From NCBI GenBank assembly GCA_044892505.1, contig CM097883.1:185690001-185754000 (forward strand): a DNA stretch of 64,000 nt, given 5' to 3'. Below the pieces are notes generated by a model. The model did not search any database. It saw only the letters and a program-made list of their open reading frames with translations, and was not told where the DNA came from. The DNA comes from Schmidtea nova (Eukaryota). Within the stretch, counting starts at the first letter, position 1, and each line of letters begins with the position of its first letter. Of the stretch, positions 1-13,353 are shown piece by piece. Position numbers and translations under genes: made by a program.

Positions 1-968
1 AAACAAAGGAAATCGAACAAATAGCCAAAAGGGTCATTCCAAATTAAGAAGTACATAAAGGCAAAAGTAATTTAGAAATCGAAAAACAAAAACAAGAATA
101 AAATTATATTTTGACAACTTGTCAGAGATATCAGGATTGCAAAATAAGAAGTCAGAATAACAAAAATAAAAAGCAAGGCATATATCTACAGCTGTCAAAG
201 ATAAAGCAAGAGCTGTGGGAAAATGCGAAAAGCAAAAAAAATTATCTCAAGTACCGCAAAATTTAATGAACTATAAAAGGGAAAGACACAGCAGTTGTTT
301 TATTAGTAGAAGTATTACAGAAGTACAGCAAAAGTTTGAGAGAAATTTATTGAGAAAGTTTGTTGAGCCAATATTCAAATCATAACAAGAAAACAATTAG
401 TTGTTTGTCCATTGTTGAATCTAAATCAGTAGCTATTGATCGTTAGACGGAGATATTGTACATAAGTGCTATTCTTTAAAAAGTGCCGTAATAAGCACTG
501 TATAATTATTTCATATTATTGATTGGTTGTGCGAGTGTAATGGTGAAACCAGTTGTGATATTAGTAAAGGTTCATGTTGTTAATCGCTATTTTATTGATC
601 AATAAAGCACGTTTTTGAGTCAAAAAATTAATTAGTAAAATTCTATTTCACCAACAACACCATAACCCAACAAATTGCTTGTTTAGAGTTAATTAAAAGC
701 CGAAAACTACCGGTTTTCTATTCTCAGTTTTCGGTTGTGTTAGTATTTTTTTGAAATTTATTTTGATTTTCAAATAAAGATTTTGCAAAGTTTATTAGAC
801 AAAGGTTATAGAAATTTCCAAACTAAAAATGTTTTTACGTTATTCTAACTTTCACTCTTTTGGACTGCAAATAAATTCATTTATTCATTATCGAATTATA
901 TTATGTAATAAGTTTAACATGATAAAATCAGAAATCATAAAAAACTTCTATTTAAAATTCAATAAATA

Positions 969-1130
969 ATGTCAACTGTTTGGAACTACGTCACAATAAG
1001 GAACACGTCCTAACTAAATAAAACGAAGCTGTTTGTGGACGGTGTGAAGCAGCAATTAATTGTGGTGATGAATTCATCTCTGCTCTTGCAGAACATCTTA
1101 AGAATAAGGACCAGATTGATAATAAAGGTA
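969..1130 (+). pseudogene. Degenerate BED zinc-finger fragment (probable hAT-type transposase N-terminus relic)
   Basis: ATG at 969 gives MSTVWNY; after a stop/frameshift, NEAVCGRCEAAINCGDEFISALAEHLKNK resembles the BED pattern VWxYF...CxxC...LxxHL. No downstream transposase found. Confidence 0.45.
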
Positions 1131-1721
1131 CCGCTTCCAAAATTCATGTGCCACAAAAGAGAGGGAAAACCAGGTTTGATTTTGTCCAACACAAGTCACA
1201 ATGACATTGATTAATATTCAGTCATACCAGTTCGGCATGAATACTTATTAGACAAATACCAATGAGCATTATTTATAGTCATCCTACATCCCCTCTCTTT
1301 TTAAATTGTTTAATAGATTCAAAATTTCTAATTTTAATTTTAACATTTTCAAATTCGATCATAAAACTTCTGTTATGAATTTTCTCTTTTATTTTACCAG
1401 GAACTTAAAATCTATCTTAATTTTAAATACATCTTTTAGTACGAAAACAAATTCTTGTCTGTTTCTCATGTCAAATTTCCTAGAAATATGTTCTCGAACT
1501 TTATTTAGATCTGCATGATATAAGATTTTGTGGGTGTACAAAACGAATTCTGTTTTCCTTTCGTCAGAAATCCATTTCCTGAAATCTACATAAAAAGCCA
1601 TTAAAAACCATTAAGACAAATTACTAGTAGGCAAACTTTAGTCGTAATTTTAATTTTGAAATTTTAAACAGAGGTAAATCTTTTGTTTTATTTGTCTATA
1701 AATCGGTTTATGATCTGACTA

Positions 1722-2951
1722 CCGTCTCAGCCCGAAAATAACACCATGGTGTTGTATTTGAGTTTTTAAAACATTGAAGAAAATTCAAATATAACACCAC
1801 TATAAATATAACACCATGGTTTATTATTTAATATTTAAACATTAATATAATGCTAATTAACCAAGCATATGTATCCCAAAATACTGATCAATTTCTACCA
1901 TTACCACAGTTTGAATTGGATTTGATACTAGATATTCAAATGAAGTTTTAGTATTTGCATTTTTTATTATAATGTTCCAATTTTTTTTAATGGACACTGC
2001 AAAAATCTCGTTTTCAGATACAGGTATGTCATCATTCTGAATGTTTTCAAAATAATTAGAATATACTAAATCAGATAATTCATGCAGAGACTGCATAAAT
2101 AAAATTAATTGATTTTTATAGTCCTTCCAAGTATTTTCACCTTGATTACCATATTTCTTGTGGTGTACATACATTCTGGTGGTTGATATTTTTCTTCATA
2201 TTCTTCAGGTGTAACATACTTAGTTGCATATAATTCATTCCAGATAGTAATCTCAAAAGATAGTTGAAATAAAGCTTTTAAAGGTGGATGGAGAATATTC
2301 ATATCAAATATTTCTTTAGGAACCAATCCACATACCTTGAATGCATTAACTACTTGTTCTTGCGTTTTTGTGCTAATCCATTCAATAATCCAGTTTGAAA
2401 CCATTTCATAGCTAGGAACTTTAGCGTTTCCAGCTTTTGTTTGCAAGTTATTATCTTCCAAAGCACATCCAATATAAGAATCATAAGCTGTTTGAAAAAA
2501 ACTTTGAAAACTTCTATTTATAGCAACATCCAAAGGCTGTAAAATACTGGTCAAGTTAGGAGGTACAATTACAATATGAATATTATATTTCTCCAATGAT
2601 TTGGAATTTGCAAGCTTTGTATGAGCACCATAAGAATCAATAATATATAGGATAGGTTCACGTAAAAATGCTGTCTCCATACGAGATATTATAGTTTGTC
2701 GAGTAAATTGTAGCAGGATTTCATCATTCCACATTCCAGTCTTATTTACATCAACTAAAACACCTTTGTGAATAGTTGGTTTATTTTTTAAGCCAGAAAA
2801 TAAAACATGTGGTTTAAGAAACTTCCCATCACCAAAAAAAAGTTATTACATTAAAGTATTTTAAAACACCATTGTGTTATATTTGAATAAAACACCAGAG
2901 TGGTCTTATATTCAAAGATAACACCATGGTGTTATTTTCGGGTTAAGGCGG
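1722..2951 (-). mobile_element. Internally deleted pogo/Tigger-like (Tc1/mariner superfamily) DNA transposon
   Basis: Imperfect ~32-bp TIRs (ccgtctcagcccgaaaataacaccatggtgtt; reverse complement of right end ccgccttaacccgaaaataacaccatggtgtt), TA on both flanks (1720-21, 2952-53), and an internal DDE_1 fragment. Confidence 0.85.
2105..2850 (-). pseudogene. DDE_1 (pogo/CENP-B type) transposase C-terminal fragment
   Basis: Reads GDGKFLKPHVLFSG...NKTGMWNDE...LYIIDSYGAH...IVPPNLTSILQPLDVAINRSF, with typical DDE_1 motifs (DSxxAH, PxxxTxxLQPLD). The N-terminal HTH is absent. Confidence 0.85.
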
Positions 2952-4934
2952 TAGTGGTTACTTTTATTTGTTAAGGGTGTTGCTGGTTACGCCCCGGGCA
3001 AGCGCCTGTAAGAGTAATTTTGTTATTTGATTAAATCTTTATTAAAAAATCTTTATTTAAAGATTATTAATTTTTCTTCGACTCAAATTGCCACTGGTAC
3101 TATTTGTACTAAAGACAGAACAAGCTGATAAAATTACTACATATGACTTTAGAGGCCTATATGAATGTAAATAAATCAACGTGGGATAGCTCAGCACCTC
3201 ATTGGAAAAGTCTAACATGAGCAGTTTCAAAGAAAACACAAATCATTTAAAAAGATTTGATCTACATTTTAATAAAAAATGAAAATTTTTTCCCTGATAG
3301 TTTATATTGTCCGAAAATCGGTTTTTCTGGGATCAAATAAAGCATGCTTCTGAGTCAAAGATTTGATTGGTAACTTTTAAATTTCACCAACAACCTAATA
3401 ACCCATTAAATTTATGAAATTGTATATACCAGTTTGGGATGAGGGATAATAATCATAAACTTGAATTTTATTTTTACGACAATTTGCAATGATTTAAGGG
3501 TTTTATATTTTCTTCATCAACGCATAACATTGATATAATAATAGAGAATTTCCGAGTGATTCTAAAATTTTAGGCATAATTTCTTTTAATCTAACAAATG
3601 TTTCTTTGTACTCGAACAACTGTCCGAATTGAGTCGTTTAAGAATAGCGATGATATAAAAGGTTTTGCATGCTTCTTTTATGAAAGAAATGTATGAATGT
3701 TTTTTGCGTATGTTGTCGAAAAATTGGTATAACTTTGATGATATAGTATGGATTAAACCAGTTCCCTTGAACGACGAGCATAGCTATTGGTGTCTAAATT
3801 AAGTCACACGGGATGCATGTAAGCAAGAATTAAATGAATGTGATTAATGAGTGCTTTTTTGTGTTTGATTGCAGATATAACTTGGCAGTTATTATGTCTT
3901 CGTAAATAATTAAATTCTCGATCAGAAATGACTCTAAAAAAACACTTTATTTAGATTATGGAAGAAATCAAGCATGCGATTCTCCGTATTGATAAGAATA
4001 TCAAAACGATTAGTAGACGATCAAAAGAAAGTAATCATACTCTTAGAAGAACGTTTAGAAAAAATGAAGTTACTGTTGCATAAAAATGGAAACAACATGG
4101 GTAAGTTCCGAGAAATAAGAAAATACAGTCAGAAGCAGACTCAAGTGCTTATCAAGCCAATGGAAGAGAACACGACGATAGTTCATACTCTAAACATTTT
4201 TTTAAAAGAACGGGAAGCCCAATTAGCCCGTTGCTAAGTTGACTATGGCTTCATAGATGCAGTGTTACCATCTTCTTTATCCAGACAAAACATAGAGGTC
4301 TTTCCTGAAGATCGATTCTAGTCTCTCTCACCCAGTTCAAACATAATCCCAAAAAAAAATGTTTAAGTCAAGCAAAGTCATTCGAGTTCGTCGGAAGAGA
4401 ATGGAAAAAGCAAGGCCACTAGGTCAGTTAATGGGAAAAAAACCTAAACGCCTCAAACGATCCCGAGAAACAGAAGGAAACTGACTGTGTGATTAAACTC
4501 TGAATCTCTAACTTTTCATATTTATTTTATTATTTGATGATTTCCTTTTATGGTTATTTTGATTTCTGTTTTATTATTTGCAATTTTATTGAAATCTTTG
4601 TTTAAATTATCATCATTTATTATATGGTTCCAGTGAGTTTTAATCTTTTTATATATATTTAAAATATTTAGCTTAGTTTTATGTGTATTAGATAATTATA
4701 TAGTAAATTTATTAAAATTCGACATATAATAGTGAATGGGAAAAAGGAAATATAAACTTACATTGTAGTCAATACAATATAGTTGTAAATGGATTAAAGT
4801 CACCATTAAATCGATAATTCAGTCATATTTGTTGCAAAGGAAGGTATGAAAATGGGCAAAGTACCTTCAGTCTGTTGCCTTTTAATATCCCTGTGGCATT
4901 CGTTCAACTAAAATTTCGAATCAAACGACTTTCA

Positions 4935-5076
4935 CTTTTTGCGAATGTCCACCAATTTGTTGCAGTACCAACGTTACACTGTAACGGAAAACAATGTGGT
5001 TATTCAATGTTTATATGCGATGTTATTTGAAAAAAGTCACAGTAATTAGTCTTCACGCACGCCCAATAACTTACCA
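4935..5076 (+). repeat. Diverged relic of the 3' end of an LTR related to the giant element's LTR
   Basis: Aligns by eye with 10185-10330: shared ttgcgaat, ttgtt(g/a)cagtaccaacgttaca, ttcaatgttt, and terminus caataacttacca vs caacaacccacca. The upstream limit is not defined. Confidence 0.65.
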
Positions 5077-5266
5077 GTCATGTACTCAATTTTTAACCAT
5101 CTATACAACAGCACTAAAAGCAATAAATGCCATCATATGTTTTCTTATAGAATGGACTCAAAACTACCGTTTGTCATATATTTATGTATATATTATATGA
5201 TCTTATTGTTAAATACTTTAGAACATTTTAGTTTTGTTTTTAAATTATAATTCTCTCTTTTTAATA

Positions 5267-6154
5267 TACAGGATAAACCAATAAGTTTTGTCCGGTGCTC
5301 ATACTCAGCTTTCCAATGCTGTAATGAGTGTATAGGTCTGCAACTTTGTGTGTCTATGCTATATATGTTGTAGATTTGTAAAATTAAAAAAAATTACTTA
5401 TTAATAATTGTTAACATTGCTATTAACTTTGATATGTCTTACATGGATTAACCACTTTTAATAAATTTCTTGTTTGACTGAAATACCTTTTGTTTTCATT
5501 AGAATACGTTGATTAAAAATGAATTTCGCACGATATGATATCCGTAAGTGAATCTACTACAATTGGAAACGTGGATAAGTGCTTTCCTAGATTGCAAATG
5601 AAATAAATTTTACACTGGGGAAGGGCACAACAAATGAGCGCACTTGTCAACGCTGAGTTGCAAACTTCAAGGAAGGAAACTGTGATGTTGAAGACAAAGA
5701 GCGATGTGGAAGGCCCTCTCTTGATATCAACGACAAAATTCTAGCTCTTTTGGAGGAGCACAACAGTACTGCGGAAATGAGCGTGGAGCTTGGAGTTGGT
5801 CAGCAGACAATTCAAAATGATCTGCTTGCAATGGGCATGCGTTACCTGTGCAACCACTGGGTCCCACACAAGTTGTCCGAGCAACAAATGGCCAACCGTG
5901 AGAAAATATAAAACGAGCTGCTGTGCAAGTATGCTGCTAATGACTTCCTCAGTCAGCTCATTACAATGGACGAAGTCCGAATCTATTAGAACAACGACAG
6001 AACCTATCACCCCTGTTCATGGAGAGGAGCAGATGATGCCCCTGGCGTGGAAAATCGCCGCACACTCTCACCCAGGAAACATTCCTTCTTTTGAGACTGT
6101 AAAGGTGTGGTTATGATGGATAATCTGCTGCAAGGTGTTACAATTACTGCCGAT
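5267..6154 (+). mobile_element. Mariner transposon, 5' part (interrupted by the giant LTR element)
   Basis: TA at 5265-66 then a 31-bp TIR (tacaggataaaccaataagttttgtccggtg). Decayed transposase: TCQR*VANFKEGNCDVEDKERCGRP...WVPHKLS...LITMDE...GVTITAD. Confidence 0.9.
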
Positions 6155-9100
6155 TGTTGGGCCAAAACGCAATTTGTTTTAATAAAGCGATAACCCCATA
6201 GGTAGAGAACGCGCAAGATTCCATTTTTAACCTTAGCTGCCATTAAAAATCTAACAATTACGTGGAAAACACCAATAGGTGAAGTGAAATCAAAACACAT
6301 CAACCGGTAGAGTACGCGCTAGCTGCGAGTTTGTAAGTATTTTCACTGAAATCTCGAGAAAAATTAAAAGCAGAACGTTTGGAAGTTAGAATAGGCGGAA
6401 AACCCATTGAAAGTGCCCATAAAGAACAGAATTTTGTCATAAAATCTTTAGTACAGAAAAATTAACAAAATTTTAGAAGAAAATTGTAAATTTATCACAA
6501 AATTTCACATTTAACAGTAGAGAGAATTGATATGGATCGAAATATCATAAATTAAATCAAATCGAACAAATTTCGATTCAAACATAAAAATTTTGAATTA
6601 AAATAAATTATTTATAGTTTATAAAAAATTATTATACAAAAATATGGAATTAATTTTCGGAAAATCATTAGAATTAATTTAGAAAAAATTAAGAGAAAAT
6701 TCTAGAACAATTTGTTTTATTGCACTAGTGAAGATAGGGTAAAATTGATGGTATATATACCGCCATCAAAATGGCAGAATTCAGAATTTGTGAAAAAATT
6801 TTCGTTTTGTTTAACTAAGAATTTGTACCATTTTCAACAGAAATTGTGGGAGAAAAATTTCTTAATTGTTTCTGAAAATTTTACAGAGTTTTTGGCAGAA
6901 TTTTTGTGAAGATTTCGTGGAGAAAATTCTTTAGAGAGATTATCAGAATTTTTGAATTTCTGTGAAAGAGGAAGAAGACACTGATTCCCGGAAGACCAAG
7001 ATAAAAACGAACATTTTATAAAAGAAATTTTCGTGTGAATTTGAAGATTTTCCGGAGTTTGCGAATCACTGAAAGAAATGTAAGGATTAATTGTTTTTTT
7101 TTAACTTGTTTTTGAGGGGTTTGGGATCGTCGATCATCATGCCTGACGATCATCCCATTCCTCGCACTTTATTAATTGATATGGTATTTGTTATTTGTTA
7201 ATTTTAATTTAATGCTAACACCTTATTATGATATTATTAAAATAAAATATTTGATTCATATTTTATTCGATTTAGTTTTAAATTTTTTCTTGTTGTTATT
7301 ACTATCATCACAAATTCCCAAATTAATTAAAATTTCATATGAGCAATTATCTAAATACGAAAAAATAAAATTTTTTTTTTCTCCCTTATCTTCTGACGAT
7401 CCGTCCAGCCTTGGTTGTGCGGATCTGTTAGTAGCCTGGGTGGATCGTTCTCTGATTAGTAATCGGCCAGCCCATATTTCCACTTTAAGGTGAGGCTCAT
7501 ACATCCATAATCTCGTCATCCCAACTGGGGAATCGTGGTATGGCCAAGAGCAAGGATTTGTTATACTAATGATTTTTATTATAATAGAGTAGCATATTTT
7601 TATTATCTACATAAGCAATTTCGTAATACAACATAAAATTTTCTAACTCATGTCTTGAAATCTAAAATAGGAAATATTACTGATTAAAAAATCGACTCGT
7701 ACTCACCTTCACCTTCACACTCTCAACGACGATCATCTTATGAGAAAACGCAAGAAAAATGGATGCTAATGATGAAAAGAAATCGTTCGAATTAATGCTC
7801 AAATCCAATGGAATGGTAATGAAACCGAAATTAACCTTACTCGATGTCGAAAAATATTCGTTGAAAAATTTATAACTTATTTTTATTTTATTTTTATTTA
7901 GCATATAAAGACTTTTTAGATTTTGGATTTCGAAATTTATGGATAAAAATGTATTATTATTTCATTTTGGTCAAGAATAAAAATTTGCTTTTTATTATAC
8001 TGCAAAAATTTTATAATGAAAAAATTGTAAACCAAAAATTTTCCTAATATTGTTATGATATAAAAGATTTTGTCATTTTATAAAATTCCTAAGAATTTAT
8101 AAATCAAAACTTATATTGAAATCCATAAAAATTTTAAATCGAAAATATTATTATTATATTGAAAATTTTATCATCTTAAAAAAATCCAAAATTTCAAAAT
8201 TTTATAGTAAAATTTTTATTATATATATATATATATACTTAAAATATAAAAATTCGAACCTAAAAATGTATATTATAAAAATTAGAAATTTTATTATTAT
8301 ATTATTTTCATAAAATTATAAATTTAAAATTTATAAAAAGTATTATAAAAATGTATATTATAAAAATTAGAAATCTTATTATTATATTATTTTCATAAAA
8401 TTATAAATTTAAAATTTATAAAAAGTATTATAAAAATGTATATTATAAAAATTAGAAATTTTATTATTATTTAATTTTCATAAGATTATAAATTTAAAAT
8501 TTGTAAAAAGTATTATAAAAATTATTATTATTATTTTGATATAAAAATTATTATTATTATTTTAATTTTAAAAATATTTTTTATGATTTAAATATAGTAT
8601 AATATAACTACCCCACGATACCTCAAAATCATAACGCATCTCTATTTGCAAAAAATTACATCCATTTCATTCAATAACATTTTCCATACTAATACACACG
8701 CAACATCTATTTAAAATACAATATACACACATACACAGTATCATTCAATAACATTCAACAATCACATACACACCAACAAACCATACCAAAAATTCCACCC
8801 AGACTTGCTAGTTAGCATCGTACGTCCAATCACACGCACAAACACTCAATTGTTCCCATCACCTATCCACAAATCGCACGCAAACACGATAATAATAAAG
8901 TCATACAAATCTAAAACAATATTACACACCATCATTCTATCTCACTCTACTCAACATACCATCGCATTCAACTCATACAATCACCCTTAATATCATTTAA
9001 TTGCATTTTTTTTGTGGCGAATCAACAAGTTCTGCCAAAACCTTTTCATAACAATCTATGGAAATCATACAAAAATCTACCATTATACGGCGAGGGTACA

Positions 9101-10330
9101 TAAGAAATCCGTAAAGTAAAATAATTTACCGGACGGAGGACTAAGTAAATCTGATCCAACAATGCCGCATAAACAGAAAAGATTTTTTTATTAAAGCCCA
9201 ATAAAACTCATAATTTTGATTGGAAAATCCAACAAAACTCATAATTGTGAAATTATTTTATTCAAAATCAAATAGTCTAAGATAATTGTGAAATTGTTTT
9301 ATTCAGGATCAAATAGTTCATTAGCATGATTAAAAAATCAAATAGTCCAACTGCATGGCTTCTTGTAAAGATAAGACGGTACCAAACTGTCCATAAATCG
9401 TTCTCTGCATATGAGATGATAATAGAAATACAAATCGTTGGAATAAATTTCGACACATTGGGTCATGATCTCCAATCTTCGATGCCCAGAGTTTGTAGAG
9501 GGTGATCTTGCGGTGAAAAGTAACAAAATTTACCTAAAAAGATAAATCAAAAAATAGAATATCTCCTTCAAAATGAATATTACCGTTTTTTTTGTTCGGG
9601 AAATTTCCTATTGAACTCTGATATAATTGCTATTATACTCCGGATCTCTAAAATGGCTAATTGAGAAAAATTTTATAAAAAACCCGAACTTACCGTTAAG
9701 ACCACATCGGGATTTTTGTTTCTTGTAAATGGATATATATATGTATATATGAGTATATATACATTAATTGTATTATATATATGTATATTTGAATTATATT
9801 CGTTTTAAATATATTTATTAACAGACTTAAACAAGGAGTTTAAGATTTGTTAATTTAGTAATAAACTGGCCAAATGAAGAATTAAATTCAAACTTTTCGA
9901 TGCATAATTAAGATTCATTCTTAAAAAATTGTATTATTTATTATTTATCCTAAAATTACAATATTAGAAAAATTTAATGTTTATTAGTGTTTTCGAATGT
10001 TCGGAATAATTTATTTGTATTTATAATTATGTAAAATATTTATGTAAATTTCTGATAAAATTTGTATTGAAAGCTTATAGGTAAATCATATAAGAAGGGA
10101 CAAAATGGGCATTAAACCTTCTATCGGTAGCCCTTGGACCCAGGAGATATTCGGTCAATCATAGTTTCGTATTGACGACGCTCACTGATTGCGAATACAC
10201 ACCCACTTGTTACAGTACCAACGTTACATAGTGACGGGTAACAAGATGGTAATTTCAATGTTTTATGTGTTGAGTTGTTGATGAGAGCCATAGAAACGTC
10301 AAGGTCATATTGACGGTCAACAACCCACCA
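6155..10330 (+). repeat. 5' LTR (4176 bp)
   Basis: Starts tgttgggcc and ends aacccacca. Near-identical to 27012-31103 and followed by the PBS. Confidence 0.97.
8261..8515. repeat. 85-bp AT-rich tandem repeat inside the LTR (3 units; 2 units at 29118-29287 in the 3' LTR)
   Basis: Unit starts taaaaatgtatattataaaaattagaaa at 8261, 8346 and 8431, versus 29118 and 29203. Confidence 0.9.
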
Positions 10331-10340
10331 TATAAAAATT

Positions 10341-10358
10341 TGGGGGCTCAGCCGGGAT
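10341..10358 (+). promoter_or_regulatory. Primer-binding site complementary to a tRNA-Pro 3' end
   Basis: tgggggctcagccgggat, 10 nt downstream of the 5' LTR. Compare the canonical tRNA-Pro PBS TGGGGGCTCGTCCGGGAT. Confidence 0.88.
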
Positions 10359-11658
10359 TATCTCATCTAGTTTGTTTTGTTTGAAGCGAAAATCAATGAA
10401 AATGGCTTTACGTGGGAATTTATTAATGTTTTTGCGTTGTAAAGAAAAAAATATTATAGAGAAAAACGAGATTTAGTGAAAGTTTTATAAAAATCGATGA
10501 ACATTTGAATATTTTCGACGAAAATGGGAAAAATTTATGTTTGATTATTAATATTATTTATATTGCTATTATTATTTTTACGACAATAGTTATTTTATAC
10601 CATTATAAGTATTATTATTAGGATTNNNNNNNNNNNNNNNNNNNNNNNNNNNNNNNNNNNNNNNNNNNNNNNNNNNNNNNNNNNNNNNNNNNNNNNNNNN
10701 NNNNNNNNNNNNNNNNNNNNNNNNNNNNNNNNNNNNNNNNNNNNNNNNNNNNNNNNNNNNNNNNNNNNNNNNNNNNNNNNNNNNNNNNNNNNNNNNNNNN
10801 NNNNNNNNNNNNNNNNNNNNNNNNNNNNNNNNNNNNNNNNNNNNNNNNNNNNNNNNNNNNNNNNNNNNNNNNNNNNNNNNNNNNNNNNNNNNNNNNNNNN
10901 NNNNNNNNNNNNNNNNNNNNNNNNNNNNNNNNNNNNNNNNNNNNNNNNNNNNNNNNNNNNNNAAGTAGCAAATATTGTTTAAGTACCATTTTGAGTTAAG
11001 ATTCGAAAAAATCTTTTGGAAAATAAAAAAGTTCTGAATCAGAATCACCGTGAAAGCGATTAGAAGTAAAGTCGAAAAACGATCTTTAAGCCCCACGAGC
11101 AGCCAACGATTGAAATTGAGAACGAATAATAACAACAGAGCGTAGAATAAGTGTCTTTAATATAAATAAACGTCAAACATAGCATAGGATAAAAAGTTGA
11201 GCCGGAATGATCCAAAAGTCTAAGAAAATCACGGGTAAAATAGTCAAAATACCAAATCGCGACAAATGAATCCCACAAACAACCAATAATCGTAAAATTG
11301 TCCAAATAACGTCCATAGAGCGTAGAAAGTGGGTACGCAGCACCGGCAAGTGGAAAATACCTCGAAAGATAGAATATGACACCGGAATCCGCAAAAAGTG
11401 TAGAAAATCACCGCTAAGAAATTTAAAAGATTGAAGAAATTACGGAATTTTGACCCAAGAAAGCAGTAACACCGAGTAATAATGATAGTATAGGTATCAG
11501 GATTATTATTATTGTCATTTTAACAGTAGAAACAGTAATTTGGTCAAATAATATAAAAATAAGACTGATTTATTATATTTTTATTATAATTATTACGTAA
11601 TAATATATAAGAAATATATTGGGTAAATTGCCGTATAACGCGCATTATTATTATTATA

Positions 11659-11691
<33 letters not shown>

Positions 11692-12870
11692 ATTATCATT
11701 TTAGTTATTATTACTAGTAGTACNNNNNNNNNNNNNNNNNNNNNNNNNNNNNNNNNNNNNNNNNNNNNNNNNNNNNNNNNNNNNNNNNNNNNNNNNNNNN
11801 NNNNNNNNNNNNNNNNNNNNNNNNNNNNNNNNNNNNNNNNNNNNNNNNNNNNNNNNNCATGAGTGTTACTGTTGATATCATTATTATTACTAGCGATATT
11901 GGTGTTATGTTGGTTGATTGAGAATGACTGAGGTATGACCCCTGTAATTTTATTTTGTTGGCAAAGAAGGACATGGAAAGTATCGGGTCTAAATGAAATA
12001 ACAACGAAAATGGAGCAATACGTGAATTGTTTGTTTCAATTGATATAATTTAATAAGTTTGGGGTTTGAATGATGGAAAAGATGGATTGTTGAAGTCAGA
12101 ATGATGCATGGTGATATTGGAATGTTGATCGCGACTCAATTCGGGAATCGAAATCGGGAATAACTCTAAAATCTTATGAAATCATAAAATGATATCTAGC
12201 AACGACTTAAAAAACAAATATAATGATATAGAACCAAACGAGAAAACGTGAGACTTAACGTAAATACGAAAATTTTGAGATGCACAAAATTAGGAACCTA
12301 GTAAAAGGAGATGTTATACGACCATAAGATATGGAATAGAGTTCACGCGAATCACTTAGAGAATAAATATTCGAATACACAAAAATTGATTTCAGTAAGC
12401 GGAGAATTACCGAAAATTTGCGAGTACTGTAAAAAAAAATATAATTATCTCAAAATTGATAAAAAGTGTAAAAATCATGAAAAAATTGTGTAAATAAATG
12501 TTTAATTATTTTTTATGTAGAAAATATTAGTATATTCAAAAAATATAAAAATCATAAAAATTATGTACATAATGGCTGATTATTTTATTTATATTATTTT
12601 ATTCGAAAAATATCGAATATAGACGAATGGAGAAAATTAAAATATATAAAAATGTAAAAAATATAAAAATATAAAAATATATGTATAAAAATGGCTGAAT
12701 ATTCTGTTAGTAGTAGTTTTGAAAAAATACAAAAATATATAAAAAATTATAAAAATTTGTGTATAAAGATATTGAAGTTTTTATTATTTATTTTCGTTCA
12801 AATTTTAATAAATGGTTGACTCATGTTGATTCAAAAAGTTGTAAAAAATTAGTCATCATGAATATTTTAG

Positions 12871-13353
12871 ATGCAATCGATTGAGCATATTTTACTACGA
12901 ATCGAGTCGTTTTTCGATTTTGAAAAGAACCCATTGCAGGTGTTGAGCGAGAAACTCGAACGAGTAAACGGAATAAAAGATGAATTATTGTTGAATCCTA
13001 GACCACAACCTAAGAACCTAATAGTGATTGCAGGAATTGTGGTAACAACAAACGATATTTCGTTAGAAACGGTTTATAAATATCAACGATTGCGACTGAA
13101 TAATCCGAATTTTAATCTAAAAATACAAGAATGGATTGGTAAAATCGATAAAATCATGGACAAGCTAGAGAGATCGATAAATCAACAGATCGATTCGTTC
13201 GAAAGATGTTATATTTGTCGACAAAAAGAAGCGAACATTTTATTCATGCCATGTGGGCATTTGTGTTATTGCCAGCCGTGCTCTAGAGAAATAAAGAGAT
13301 GCGTAATCTGCAAACAGACAATTGATGACAAAATCGTCGTATTTTGTTCGTAA
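12871..13353 (+). CDS. 160-aa protein with C-terminal IAP/MDM-type C3HC4 RING (putative E3 ligase)
   Basis: CYICRQKEANILFMPCGHLCYCQPCSREIKRCVICKQTIDDKIVVFCS* has the IAP-type RING spacing and terminus. ttttag immediately precedes the ATG. Confidence 0.88.
   Translation: MQSIEHILLRIESFFDFEKNPLQVLSEKLERVNGIKDELLLNPRPQPKNLIVIAGIVVTTNDISLETVYKYQRLRLNNPNFNLKIQEWIGKIDKIMDKLERSINQQIDSFERCYICRQKEANILFMPCGHLCYCQPCSREIKRCVICKQTIDDKIVVFCS

Noticed and set aside
1389-1601. 70-aa minus-strand ORF and the 3974-4237 plus-strand ORF as host genes
   Set aside because: No recognisable domain and no consistent splice structure; probably decayed repeat-derived sequence.
6007-9526. Short ORFs inside the LTRs (e.g. 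6712-6909, 7176-7493, 7677-7904, 8805-8990, 9338-9526 and their 3' LTR twins)
   Set aside because: Low-complexity translations with no motifs; duplicated only because the LTR is duplicated; one (7176 versus 28032) is frameshifted between LTRs.
10626-11857. pol gene hidden in the two N-gaps of the giant element
   Set aside because: The gaps (~337 and ~134 N) lie in AT-rich non-coding leader upstream of the protease and are far too short as sized. Not fully excluded if the gap sizes are wrong.
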